This document shows positions 24,431-38,022 of a DNA stretch of 64,000 nt, piece by piece. A program made the translations under genes and the position numbers. Below the pieces are notes generated by a model. It was not told where the DNA came from, did not search any database, and saw nothing but the letters and a program-made list of their open reading frames with translations. This DNA is from Octopus vulgaris (lineage: Eukaryota). Position 1 is the first letter of the stretch, and each line of letters begins with the position of its first letter. The stretch is taken from the NCBI GenBank assembly GCA_951406725.2, contig OX597823.1, forward strand, positions 34,906,001 through 34,970,000. The letters run 5' to 3'.

Positions 24431-24827
24431 CCTTACCGTTCTTCATTTCTAGGTGGAGTTCAGTGTCTAAAACAGGTAATCTATAGTTAGGGTGCTTACT
24501 AGGGTAGTCTATCATTATTTCTATACACAAGAACAAGAACACATACAAAAATGAAAAGTTTTATTGAAGAGGTCATAGATGTGTGATGAAAGATTTCCAG
24601 AAATGAACACGAGTTACTGTTCTTATTTTATTACTTTAACTCATGTCCATTGTCTGGAAATCTTTCATCACACATCTATGACCTCTCCAATAACACTTTT
24701 CATTTTTGTATGTGTTCTTGTTCTAGTGTATAGAAATAATGAGAGACTACCCTAGTAAGCACCCTAACTATAGATTACCTGTTTTAGACACTGAACTCTA
24801 CCGAGAAATGAAGAACGATAAGGTTCT
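24427..24827. repeat. Long inverted repeat of a Penelope RT fragment
   Basis: Arms 24427-24615 and 24637-24827 are nearly perfectly complementary with a ~21-nt spacer. They encode DYPSKHPNYRLPVLDT, a PLE RT motif-7-like peptide. Confidence 0.9.
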
Positions 24828-24900
24828 CAACAAGGAGAGAATAAAACAAGTAGAGAAACACGGAGAGTAACTAACAATCTATCATGATATATATATATAC

Positions 24901-24951
<51 letters not shown>

Positions 24952-25031
24952 TATTGTATTTCGGGATATATATATATATATATATATATATCATGATAGA
25001 TCGTTAGTTACTCTCCTTGTTTTTTCTGTCC

Positions 25032-25067
25032 CTTTCTGTGGAAGAGCGTAGGCTCGAAACATAAAAG
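25032..25067 (+). ncRNA. Degenerate minimal hammerhead ribozyme
   Basis: cttt-CTGtgGA-a-gagc gtag gctc-GAAA-ca-TA-aaag. Stems I and II are intact; core A6 and stem III are mutated. Confidence 0.5.
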
Positions 25068-25157
25068 ACTTTTCCTATTCCTGAGCGTTATACTAATACA
25101 TTTGTTTGTTTTGTACACCATCTGTCTTCGTCTTTTTTTTTTTTTTTCATAAACTCT

Positions 25158-25198
<41 letters not shown>

Positions 25199-25200
<2 letters not shown>

Positions 25201-25420
25201 TTCAGCAAAATATAGATTCAGATGAATATGGTACTTAAGTTAAAGGCACCAGAATTTTGTATGGTATTATCCATATAAATCAAATGGGGTGATTATAATC
25301 AAAATAAGCAACAAGGATATCCAAGGTAGTGTAGTACAATCGTTTCATGCTACTTCATTTTATTAAACAATGTAAGTATTACATCAGTTTTAAAATGTAG
25401 AGCAATCTTCAACCACATAT
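25199..25420 (-). repeat. Interspersed repeat, inverted homolog of 53405-53605
   Basis: Shares ggggtgattataatcaaaataagcaacaag and caccagaattttgtatgg blocks with the reverse complement of 53445-53605. Confidence 0.75.
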
Positions 25421-25434
25421 AGAATTTTTTAATT

Positions 25435-28100
25435 AAATAGACAATGTACATTTTTTACTTATTCCATTATACTTATTCCAAGAGGGTAAGGATATCCAAT
25501 ATGGAGTATTCAGATTAGATGTTACTTGGAACACTCTTAGAAATTGTGAAAGTGCTAGGTCATCCATTTCTTCATTGTTTGCCTTTTCTAAAGCCCTCTT
25601 GAATGTATTGACAAAATGCTTCATTCGTTTATTTGCCCTGGGATGATATGGTGGAGTGGTTACATTGTTCAACAACAAACATTTTACAAAATTTTCTGAA
25701 CTCATCTGAAGTAAATTGAGTTCCATTATCAGACACAATGGTATCAGAAATACCATATCTGGCAAATAATTCCTGTAAAAAATTTACTGTAACCGTGGAT
25801 GTCAGGCCACTTTGAAAAACTATCTACCACAACAAGGTAATATGAACCCTTAGGTGGACCTGCATAATCAACATGCAGGTAGGTGCTTTTGTGGCTAGGG
25901 CACCACCTTTGCATTCTTTCACTAGTTCTTCAATGTCACAATCCATTGTTGGTCAATACACATAACTTCTCATTAATGATTTCATTCTCAAAATCCCTGG
26001 ATGCCCATTGCAAAATTTATTTAGTAATTGCTTTTGTAATGTGTACATCTACACATAGACACACATTGAGAATAGATTCAAATTTGTGTTGTGTTCAGAA
26101 AAGCTCATATTTTTTTTTCCTTTTAGCCCTCAGCACTTCTTTCATTTTTTTTTTAATGGACTGATCATTTTCTGTTTTTAATTTTATGTCTTGTAATGTA
26201 ACTGGTAGTTCAAGTATGATATAACACAAAACATTTTAAATTTCATTTTCTGCTTGAAATGGAGCAATCATAGTATCCTCAAATGGTTCAGTATTTTTTC
26301 GAAATCAGTTTTGATAAACAATGTGTGTCCTAATTTTTTTAGATGGTATAAACTCCATCTTAAAATCATAGTTTGGTAATATAGTGCCCCAGCATTGTAA
26401 CCTATTAGCAGTACAGGTAGGGGATTCCCTTTTCAACCCAGATATAGATAATAACAGATGATGACCAGTCTGTAGTTGAAAACTTCTACTGTATAAAAGT
26501 CTATGAAATATTTTTGTGGCAAAAATAATCACTAGAGCCTCTTTTTCAATTTGGCTGAACCATGGCTTTCATGTTACCATCTTTATATTTATGTAGCATC
26601 ACTGCTCTGATGCTGTACTCGGAGGCATCTGAAACTACTACAATCTCCACTACAGGATTGAAATGTGCGAAAGACAAATCAGATGTTAAAGCTTTTTAAT
26701 TTTGCCAAATACCTTCTGAAAATTTTCAGACCAATTCCACTTTACATGTTTTTTTAGTAGATTATGAAGCAGAGCTCTTTATGCATATTTGGTATATAAA
26801 TTTGATAATAGTTTGCAAGTCCCAAAAAAGCTTGTAAGATAGATATATTTGTCGGAGGGGGTATATTTTCAATTGCATCTGCCTTCGACAGATCTGGTCG
26901 ATGTCCATTTTTATCAATGATTTGTCCTACATATTTAATTTTAGTTAAGAAAAGATCATGTTTCTCCTCACTCAGTGTGATGCCATAATACCTTATTTTT
27001 TCAAACACATATTTTACGTGCATGACATGCTGATCCTGGGATTCCCTTTTAATTAATATATAATCTAGGTAGACTATCGTGAAGTCATACTCTGCAAGCA
27101 CCTTATCCATCAGTTGTTGAGCAACTTTATGCCAAACAAAATCTGGTTAAACTTGTACAGATCTTTACATATATTGATTGTTAGGAGCTTAGAACATTCA
27201 TCTTCCACTTGTATCTGTATGTAGGCATCAGAAATCTAATTTTGAGAACAATTTACTACCATTTAGTTTCAAGATTTCCTCTGGGCTAGGTAATGGGTAG
27301 TCAGAAAACAACACAGCTCCCATGACTTTCGGAAACATTTTTTCACGCTCAGAGTTGCTGAAGCATGGAATAAACTGCCTGCATCAGTTGTTGACTGCCA
27401 TGACACTGCATCCTTTAAGGCCCTCATGCTTTCCGAAATCCGCCGAAACTACACCTGATTATATATACACTTTAGATGAGTTGTAGTGCACCTGAGCACT
27501 GTACACAATTATTATTATTATTATTATTTATACAGCACAAATACGTATTTTCTTCTTCTTCTCTTTAACATATATAGTTGGACTCACCCAATCTGAGTAA
27601 TCGATCTTTTCAATCACTCCTATTTTCTCTAGTCTGTCTAATTCTTTATTTATCTGTCCCAGTGATGCAAATGGTACATTACATTTGGGTTTGAAAACTT
27701 TTAACACATTTTATTTTACCTGAAATTTGGCTTTGAATTTATTGCACCAACCAGACTCATTTGAGAAAACATCAGGGAGAAACCTTTACATTGCTTTTTT
27801 TGAAATCTTCTGACTCTGTATTTGGACCCCATTACATTTTTACAAAAATTATTTATGGGTAAATCCCACAAGTCGAACAGTTCCAAAAAGATTACGTGTA
27901 TTTTTTAATACATAAGCTTTTGCTTTTATAATCTTACTGTAAAATAAAACAATACAAAAAATTTCACCTTTAAAAATTAATTTTATCCCTGAGATACCAC
28001 AGTCATTTTTCAATGTTTTCTGTAGTGTATGTTGTCATTAAGTAATGTCACTACTTGTATCTGACTGTAATTTTACATGCACTCTAGTGGAGTAGTCAAA
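25435..28100 (-). mobile_element. Decayed Ty3/Gypsy pol (protease-RT-RNase H-integrase)
   Basis: LQSDTSSDIT (protease-like), YPLPSPEEI, VYLDYILI, LQAFLGLANYY, SQIEKEAL.IIFA, FQLQTGHHLLLSI and TTPPYHPRAN, in Gypsy domain order. Confidence 0.88.
27301..27527 (+). mobile_element. CR1/L2-type LINE 3' end nested in the Gypsy RT
   Basis: RKQHSSHDFRKHFFTLRVAEAWNKLPASVV...SFKAL followed by an (ATT)n tail. Confidence 0.85.
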
Positions 28101-28211
28101 TTGAACTTTTGTAGGAATTTTGTCATTTTTTATTGTATTATTGGTGTAGGGGTGGAGAGAGATATAAAATAGTACAAGAAGGTGAGGAATGGGGAGAAAG
28201 TGAGACTGGAG

Positions 28212-28512
28212 TGACTAGCTTCCATGCTGGTGGCACGTAAAAAGCACCAACCGATCGTGGCCATTGCCAGCCTCCCTTGGCACCTGTGCCAGTGGCACGT
28301 AAAAAGCACCCACTACACTCACGGAGTGGTTGGCATTAGGAAGGGCATCCAGCTGTAGAAACACTGTCAGATCAGACTGATTCTGTTACACTTCTTTATT
28401 ATTACTTGTCAATCGAAGACAAGGCTGGTGCAGCCTCCTTGCTTCCCAGACCCCAGTCAAACCGTCCAACCCATGCTAGCATGGAAAACGGATGTTAAAA
28501 GATGATGATGAT
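28212..28512 (+). mobile_element. RTE 3' UTR fragment
   Basis: Family motifs and (GAT)n tail. Carries a ~43-nt unrelated insert at about 28380-28422. Confidence 0.85.
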
Positions 28513-28671
28513 ATATGTATATATATATATATATAAATATATATATATATATTTATATATATATAAATACACAATATACACACACACACACATATACAAA
28601 CATGTATATAAATACATAGTGAAAGTAATTGAAACCATATAATAGTGAAAGTATTATATCACATTACAATA

Positions 28672-29190
28672 GAGATGTTATTGTTTCACTTTTGACACGT
28701 GATACCGATACAATGTAAGAGATATGAGATTGCTTTGGGCTTGCATTAGGCAAGAAGTTGAAAATTTTTTTGGTCTACAACACTCCATGGACCCTCTAAG
28801 TAAGGCAAGTGTAAAATTTGAATGAAATCAACTGGGTAGTTCTTAAGTTTTAGTAATGCACACACATTCTCAGTTTTATATAAATATATATATAAGACAC
28901 AGAAATAATTAATTCTCAATGCTTCTAAAGCAAACTTTGTTTACTTTCATCGTAATTTGGATATATATCTCTATCTATATATATAAAACTGAGAATGTGT
29001 ATGTGTGTCTGTATGTATGCATCACTAAAACTCAAGACCTACTCAACCAATTTCATTCAAATTTTACACATGCTTTCCAAAGGGTCTACGGAGTGTTATG
29101 GGCCAAACAAATTTTCAACTTCTTGCCTGGAGCAATCTCTTACACTGTTTCGGTATAACGTGTCAAAAGTGAAACAATATATCTGGAATC
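28672..29190. mobile_element. Head-to-head inverted pair of a non-autonomous Helitron-like repeat
   Basis: 28672-28885 is the reverse complement of 28975-29190 (tataaaactgagaatgtg...gtgtcaaaagtgaaacaat). The TC(TA)n-type start is Helitron-like. Confidence 0.65.
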
Positions 29191-30429
29191 TACACCATAT
29201 GAAGAATAAGTGAAAACAATTTTGATAAAAAATATCCATTTTTCTGAAAGTTATGAGGAAACAAAGTCGAAGGGATATACTTGTGTAGTAATGCTTACAA
29301 AGTATGTACGTGTGTGCCAAAGAATTTGTTGGAGATTTGGCTGTCATTTCTAGCATGTGGAGAGACTGCTTGAAGGCCTATCTAATGCGCGGGTTGGAAA
29401 ACCCCTATGCATGCGCAATGACCAAAAGGGTTTAAAAACATCCTGTATATGCCGTAGATTCGTGAGGGGAGAGCGAGGGGTAATTTATTTTTTTTAAAAA
29501 TTGAATTTACAAAAATTTTTTTTCAGAATCATAATCTGCGTGTTTTTGCATGTATTTCGCCAAAAAAAAAAAAATCTCTGAATAACGCAAAAAATCAAAT
29601 GAAGGGGTTGGGGAGGTGAGGAAATCGAAGGGTTCAAATACCGATTTTTGCCACTTTTTTTCAGATTCGGAATCTCCGTAGCGAAAAACGTAGGTTTCAG
29701 TAAAAAAAAAAAAAAAAGCGGAAAGGGGTGTGTCTGATGGCTGTCCATCGTCGTGGCTGATGCAGTTTTATTTTCGTTTATTATCATTTCTTTAGACTTT
29801 CCATTATTTCCTCAGGGATTTGACCAGCCTCTTTCTTCACTTTTTTGTTCGTCGTTTTAATATTTATATTTGTTCTGGTTTGAGAAGAAAAGTTAGTAAA
29901 GTTAAGACTTCAAGAAATGTATTTTAAGAAATTTCTTATAAACTGTATTTTCTAAATCTGAGGGTACACCTTTGAAAAGTAGTGGGAGAAGAGTATCATC
30001 CCGTGCCCCTTCCTTGGCGACGGGCGCCCAGTAAACATATAAACACACACCCACAACATTATTTCTCTGATATCGTATCCGGAATGCTATAGGTACTAAA
30101 GTATGGATGAGAATATTTCCTTCGAAGAAACCCATAGCAAAGAACACAAAACCAGGAATAAAAAAAATAAATAAATAAATAAATAAACTATGAACTTCGG
30201 AACTTTCTGCACACAATGTGTTTGTTGTACCAGAAATCGATTGGATGCTACATAAGATCTGCGGCATTGATGTTAAAATCTGAAAACTGTTAACCAATGC
30301 AAAAAAATCCCACATCAACAATAATGTAGTTTGCCTCCAGCAATTCAAACAACCTTTGAATGTCGTTCCTTTGACATCTACTAACCACCAAATGTCGAAG
30401 TCCAGCCGTGGATTGGGTTTGCAGATATG

Positions 30430-31255
30430 AGGGTGATAACATCATGAGAATTGGAAAGGCTTTTCAGAAAGTATTTTCCGATTGATGACTAGGGATAAAC
30501 ACTTAGGTCGCAGAACTTTATACATATTAGCAAACGGTCGTGTATGGTTATAGTCCCAGATGGCTTCAATGACAGCAACATTGATAACCAGAGTAGTCTA
30601 TCTTGGACAGCTTTCACTTTGAAGGGGTATGCTTTAGTAATACGGGGCTGAAAATAATCACAAAATACCTGTTGAGCAAAAAGGAAAGGGATCTAAGTAA
30701 AAATGCCCTACATGATGCAGGCTCTGTGGAACTGACACTGAGTATGCCATCCTCATTATAAGTAGCTGTACAAAAATGTTACCACGGTATTACCTATCAG
30801 ACATGATATCGTAAACAATGCAGAAAGAATAATCCTGGGGATATAAATATAAGAAGTTACAGTGACGTGGAGGGCATAGTAACAATACATATGAAAGAAT
30901 ACTGATGGAACAGACCATACATAACGATCTGGAACAAAGAGAAAATTATACTGTAGCTGAAATCAGTTGTCCAGTAGATGTTTAACATAAAGTAAAAAAA
31001 GATCAGTGAAAAAGAAGATATCTATGCTGAATTGTGGAGAAATCTATAGTCACTCTATCTGGATACTATATATTGCTTCTGATTTCTAACTTCAATTATT
31101 GTTGCACTTGGTTACGTGACAAATACCTCAATAGCATTCTTGAGAAGCGGGATTTCACAAAACCAGAACGAATATGCCTTATCAAGAAATTACAGTTACA
31201 AGTTTTCAAAGGCACCGTCAAAATCTGTAAAACGTTAAAAAAGTTTAGCTTGACA
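30430..31255 (+). mobile_element. RLE non-LTR retrotransposon (R4/Dong/NeSL-like) C-terminal remnant
   Basis: Zn knuckle CRLCGTDTEYAILIISSC, RHDIV, RP...IWNK, EISCPVDVNI and KLQLQVFKGTVKICKT. Confidence 0.75.
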
Positions 31256-31274
31256 TATACAGTGATATACATTC

Positions 31275-31640
31275 CTGGGATCTTTTCGGTTTGAACGGCA
31301 GTTTTTAAAAATAACTTCCACTTAACTAAACACTTTTAAACTTCGTATAATGGTAGACTGCGTTTATAAGACATCTTTTTCTCTTGGCTTTATTGAGAAA
31401 ATTCTATAGTTTGTAAGATATTTTTTTTCTTCAATTTCAACCAATCAATGACGTCTATTGAGGTGAAAACATTCTGTGCCGTATGAATATGTCCCTTGTT
31501 TAAGAAACAGATCGGGTTTATATACATTTCTGAAGAAAAAAAGCACCCTTCCCCCCACCCCTGACCCTATATGCAATAGATCGATACTAGGGTCATAATT
31601 ATGGGTGACAATTTCATATGACACCGCTAGAAAAAACTGT
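31275..31640. mobile_element. MITE-like DNA element
   Basis: The left end ggatcttttcggtttgaacggcagttttt matches a truncated right inverted end aaaaaactg. Confidence 0.45.
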
Positions 31641-32814
31641 ACACATACTTATGTATATGCATACGTAAATAAATATAAAACTACCCCATTGAAGCAGTCT
31701 AAATTCCAATGATTGAGCCTTATTTGCAGACAAGAAATTGGCTCTTTCTCAGTTAGTAAGAAATTCGAAAACTAAAACAGGGAATGAATGAATACATCCA
31801 TATACGTGCGCGTACACACACAAAGAAAAAGAAGAAAGCAAATGAATTCCAAATACATACTCGAAATGGTGGCATGTAAACTGACTCACATCCACCAGAT
31901 TCAACAGATTAGAGGGCCAGGGGGGATCATAAAACATTCCCCAAATTCTCCATTCGAATTTCCTGGAATCACCACATATATACAATGGACGTGACATATA
32001 CCATACATAAACATAAACAATAATCAAACATATTCGTGTATTAAAGAAACATGTACACCGATTATATGTGTGTGTGTGTGTGTGTGGACCTGTCTTGTCT
32101 GTGTAGACAATCCCTGGCTCTGTCTTGTCTGTGTAGATGATATTGATTTAAATGTGTAATTTTAATTTTGCTGACTGTTTATGTCCATTACATTGAGACA
32201 CGGGAATTTCGATTAATCAGTAACATTTGTACAAAGAAAACTTTACCAAAACTTCTGTATTGACTGGTATGGGAGGGGGAGTCCATGAAGAATGACACCA
32301 TCGTTACTGCACTGGGTAACACCAACTTAAGGGACACCACTGACAGCGGGTTAGGTCCTTACAGGTACACTCGAAAAACGTTCGTCGATGTAATATTTCG
32401 TATTTATGTTGCTCTCGTTTCAAGATAATGCTATCGATTTCGAAATCATTTATATACTTAATATTTGATACAAATATGGCATTACTTCACGACAGATAAA
32501 ATAAAAATCTAACAGAAAATATCATAAAACTAAAGTTGTGGCATAGATAAAATAAAAAATGTAACAGAAAATATCATTAAACTAAAATTTTATCACCGTG
32601 CAATGGTGTAATTTATTATTACTCTAACTCAAAAATAAATTTACATAGGGTCATAAATTTACAAGATATCTGGTTGATAGTCCGGCTAAAGTTCTGTATT
32701 TGTCTCACACACTCGTAACGTATCCAGAGTTATTACATTGATTTCTCCCTCACACGTTAATACTAAGGTATAGTCAAATCTCGTAAAAGAATTCTCCCGT
32801 GCCTCAAAACAAAT

Positions 32815-32920
32815 ATGGCCGAAGAGGAATACTTGCTACACGCAAGTGTTTTTAAAAACGATTTTCCTCGTGTCGTGGAGCTTTTAAAAACACATGATGT
32901 TGCTCAACGTGATAAACACG
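32815..32920 (+). CDS. ANKRD13C: Ankyrin repeat domain-containing protein 13C-like, coding exon 1
   Basis: [35 protein letters not shown], compare recalled HECVFKGDVRRLSSLIRTHNIGQKDNH. In-frame upstream TAA at 32764, G|GTAAGA donor. Confidence 0.88.
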
Positions 32921-33049
32921 GTAAGAAAAATAATATATATATTTCTGATTTTCAAGGACTATTTTCAATTCAATAAAAATTTAATTGAAAGTACATTCAT
33001 AACAATCGCCATTCAGATAGCAAAAGATAAAGCCAAACACATACATATA

Positions 33050-33074
33050 TTTTATATATATATGTATTTTACAC

Positions 33075-33118
<44 letters not shown>

Positions 33119-33252
33119 GGTGTGTGTGTGTGTGTGTATGTATATATATATATATATGTATATACATATGTATGTATATATATGTATATACATATGTATG
33201 TATATATGTATATACATATGTATGTATATATATCTGTATATACATATGTATG

Positions 33253-33285
<33 letters not shown>

Positions 33286-33294
33286 ATATGTATG

Positions 33295-33345
<51 letters not shown>

Positions 33346-33362
33346 GTATATATATGTGTATA

Positions 33363-33410
<48 letters not shown>
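33050..33410. repeat. Compound (TA)n/(TG)n microsatellite
   Basis: Direct inspection. Confidence 0.97.
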
Positions 33411-33411
<1 letters not shown>

Positions 33412-33676
33412 ATGGTGATCACCTTTATTACATGTGTTTGTGTATGTATTTTATATACATCTGTCTATCTGTGTATATAGGATGTATATACTTGTGTGTG
33501 TATATATAATCATTTAAGGGCTAACACAAGATAATATTAATTCAAAAATTTTCTTATGAAATGAAATAGAAAACGACTAAACATTTACACAGTTCATTAT
33601 TTTTATTATCTTCCAATTAAACTTCACTGAATCTTAACATGTATACATATTAAAGTAGAATAGCTTGACAGCTTGC

Positions 33677-34403
<727 letters not shown>

Positions 34404-34519
34404 AAACTCTTGGATACATCTGTTAGATACTGTGGAATGTATTAGCAGTAATGTTTCTGGGGGGTCTTAAAGAATTTTGGGTCTTTCAAAATCAGACCCC
34501 CTTTTCCAATTGATACACT

Positions 34520-36900
34520 TAAATTGTCTCACAATGTACCTGTACCATTTTCTCAGCTCCTAATATTTGGGACACTTCCTCTCATGAACTTCTGCCATAC
34601 ATTTTTCCCAGGGTACAGTTGTTCTCACATGTTTACCTGTTTTGTGGATTCAGAAGATCACTGTCTGGGTGGAGTGCTGTTGGTATGATATGATCTAGAA
34701 ACTGTTCTACGAAATCCACTCTCAATTGTAAGTTTGGAGCCATGAAATGTAGGCATAGTCATTGATGTTTCAGTGAATGGAGCTTATCTCCAGCTCTGAG
34801 AAAAGTGACACCCACTTTCCTGGGTTAATACTTACTGGATTAAATGGCTGTTGATATCACCTCTGCGACCACCTTGGTCATGTCACCTGTGATAGCAACC
34901 ATTGCCTAAGATTCTTGGGCAGCTGCTGAAGAAATGTTGATTCAACCATATTTCAGTACACATTTGTAAAGTTTTGTTAGACTTCATAAAGTGTCATAGA
35001 CAGCCTGGGTCAGAAATCTGATGCACTGGATGCCAGCCCACCAGAGATCTGTCCAAGTGATGCTCCCCTGCTATATGTTGGCCCATTTTGTCCAGGCTTC
35101 GCATTGGCTGAGTCCCACCAACATGCTAGCTTGTACTTCTATGCCTGTATGGACTTCTTGGAGGAGGTATTGTTGCTCTTTTCCTTTGGTGCTACCAATC
35201 TGCTGGGATGGTAAGTAGCCTAAACCTGAATGCCCTATTGCCACAGTCTCAACAAAAGCTCTTTGCCTCAACCATTCCCCTAACCCTGCAACTATCTGGC
35301 AACACTCCACTTTCTGCCTGTGCAAACTTTGATACCAGCTCCTGCTACTCTTGTGTCCTTGGAATTTCAGTATTTCGTAGTTTCTTTTGTTCTTATCACT
35401 ACAAACTCTTCTGCAAGGTCACTGATCAGGAGTCATAAGATGTTGGTTAAGCTGTACAGAGAGATGCTACCTAGGCTTCTTGGTAGGTTAAGCCACCTCC
35501 TCAAAAAGTGGTAATTTTCTTCTCTAAGGTTTCCACAAATGACATACTGGCATTGTATAATGACAGATCACAAACTACTGGACAGTGTGGCATACTGGTA
35601 TATTCAAGTTTTGAAGCGACTGGGCAATCCAGATTTCTCAATGTTCCTAAGCCAGTTCTGAAGGTCTTTTCTGGTTCAGCAAATGGCTACTGTTAAAGAG
35701 TTTCTCCTAGTGCTTGACTGGTTGTTCTGACAGAGTTGGGATGGTAGTGTCAAACTTAGTGAAGTGAAACTTTTCCTCACTTCCCCTTTTTTCAGTACAA
35801 GTGTCCTTGAAAGTTCTGCTTGTAACTATAGTTTGCAGCTCACCCTTGTCTATGAGATAAGCTTCTTGAGTACTTGAAGATCTGTCTGCAACCAGCAACT
35901 GTTGATGTTCTTACTGTCAGGTTATCCATGAAGGCTATTGTGTGTCAGTTTTTGTCCAGGGTCCTTGGCACTTCACCACTGCTGACTTGACCACCATGTT
36001 CATGGAGAGAGCAAGAAGGGTTAATGAAATGTCAGTTATGATAGCCTTTTCCAATCTGTGCTACTCTCATGCTGTGGGTCCAGACATGATTCTCACTTGA
36101 AAATTGTGATAATAATCCCGAATGAGGTTGTTGATCTTACTGGGGACTTGGTGTTTTGGGGAGCCTCATCTACCAGCTTGTATGGCATAAGTCCATAGGC
36201 ATTTGTGAAGTTTAGACCACCTAAGAACTGTTTGACCGTCCCTGTATGCTCCAGGCTGTTAGGTGTTCCAGCAATTTCACCTTTTTGTATCAGTCATCCA
36301 GGAGAAGCTTTATTAGCCAGTGGGACACAATACTGAAGAATATCTTGTCTTCAATGTTGAGTAGTGAGATGGTCCTGAACTGATTGATTCTCTTAGAATT
36401 CTCCTAAGGAATCCAAACAACCTCAACATATCTCCACCAGTTGACAACTCTTGATACATATCTAACAATGATTGTAGTCATTGCTTCCAATTGGCTGTCA
36501 GTGTTTCCCTTTAGGTGTTGTCTGTAGGATTCTGCATGCATCTTCTGGTCTTAGTTGCTTGCCAGAGACCATTTGATTAACTGAACTACTCTGCTACGGA
36601 TTTGGAGGTACAGGCACAGAGGAACTTTGCACATTGGGGTGAGTTCTGGCCATACTCCTTTTGCATCTCACCAGAATGTGATCCTTTGTGTTACACCTGA
36701 TTCTTGTTGTCCAGACAGACATTTCATTCTGGCTTGATTGATTTTTAGACCATGCTGATTTTTGCATTCTTTGCACTCTGTTCATCATCCTTTTTCTTTT
36801 TGCATGGGTTGAAGTTTGTAAATCCATACTGTTGCAAATCTTTTTCTTCCCATGCCCCTTTCTCCACCTTGCTCTAGGATCCCCTGAGGTTGTATTTCAT
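34520..36900 (-). mobile_element. Decayed HERO-like RLE LINE
   Basis: INQFRTISLLNIEDKIFFS, WxNFTNAYGL (LDLxNAYG-like), AFMDNLT, a HDQ motif and the endonuclease-region peptide TVPWEKCMAEVHERKCPKY. Confidence 0.8.
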
Positions 36901-37069
36901 AGGTTTGTCTGCAGCAAGAAAAAGGTTTGCAATTTAAATTGCTGGTCTCACTTGCCCTGAATACTGTCTTTCTGAGCTGTCAGCTAACTTTCTGGTTGTC
37001 ACCAAAGTAGTCTTGGTTATCACCTGGTCTGTTCCTGGAATTTAGTCCCAAGGTTAATCTTATTGATGC

Positions 37070-37485
37070 CCTGGGATGCCTCAATAGTAATGTCTCTGGG
37101 GATCTTAGGGGCTTTGGGTCTTTCAACAACATGCCCTTTGTCCATTTGATTCAACTGGGGCTTATCAAGTTCCAGCTTGTTCTCCAGTAATAAAAACCAC
37201 TGGTCTGCTTTTTTTTTTTATTATTCTAAACCACCTAATGGCCTTCTTTGCAAATTCAGTGACAGAATTTATAGCCTTCTCCTTTGCTGCACAAGTAACT
37301 TCATGCCCAGTCAGAGCTTTGCAGAATGAATGCTCTAACAAAATACCACCAGATGATTTCAGTTGCTTTGTAATGTACCTGCTAGTTTTGGCTTCTGCTC
37401 TGCTTCACTAGTTTCTTGGTATTTGGGAAGTTTCCTCTCATAAGCCTTCTCCATATATTCTTCCCAGGGCACACTCAGTTCCCAT
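37070..37485 (-). mobile_element. Second HERO-like 3' (endonuclease) fragment
   Basis: ELSVPWEEYMEKAYERKLPKYQ...EKAINSVTEFAKKAIRWF. Confidence 0.75.
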
Positions 37486-37930
37486 CTGTAACAGTACTAG
37501 AAAAGAAATTCCTGGTGCAGTAGCAAAACATGGAATTAAAGAGCCTTAAAGATAATTTGGCAAAAACCAAGATCCTGGTAAGCAAGAAAACAGACAAAAC
37601 CTATTTGCTTCAGGTAAATAGCCGTTTGATATGTTGGAAAGATTTTGGCAGGAATTCCATTTAGTGCACCCAATGCAAGCTATGGGATACACAAATGGTG
37701 CAGCGGAATAGTAGGAAGGTTAATGAAAAAAGTCGTGTTTCTGTGCAGAAAATGTATGATATTGTTATATTAGATCAGTTTAAATTTGGGTACATTTGTA
37801 AAAGTAAGGAAATGCCATTCCCATGTGTTCCCACATCACCAGACTTTTGTGAATGTGTGTGTATCCCTCCCTCCTTCCATCCATCCATCTATCTATCAAT
37901 CAATCAATTTCTACCCCAATTATTAATGAT

Positions 37931-37989
37931 CAAAGCCTTGTGAGTGAATTTGGTAGACGGAAACTGAAAAGAAGTCTGTCGTATATATG

Positions 37990-38022
<33 letters not shown>

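Noticed and set aside
29902-30348. 148-aa minus-strand ORF and other unlisted 60-120 aa ORFs
   Set aside because: No recognisable domain or splice pattern, and composition typical of AT-rich non-coding DNA.
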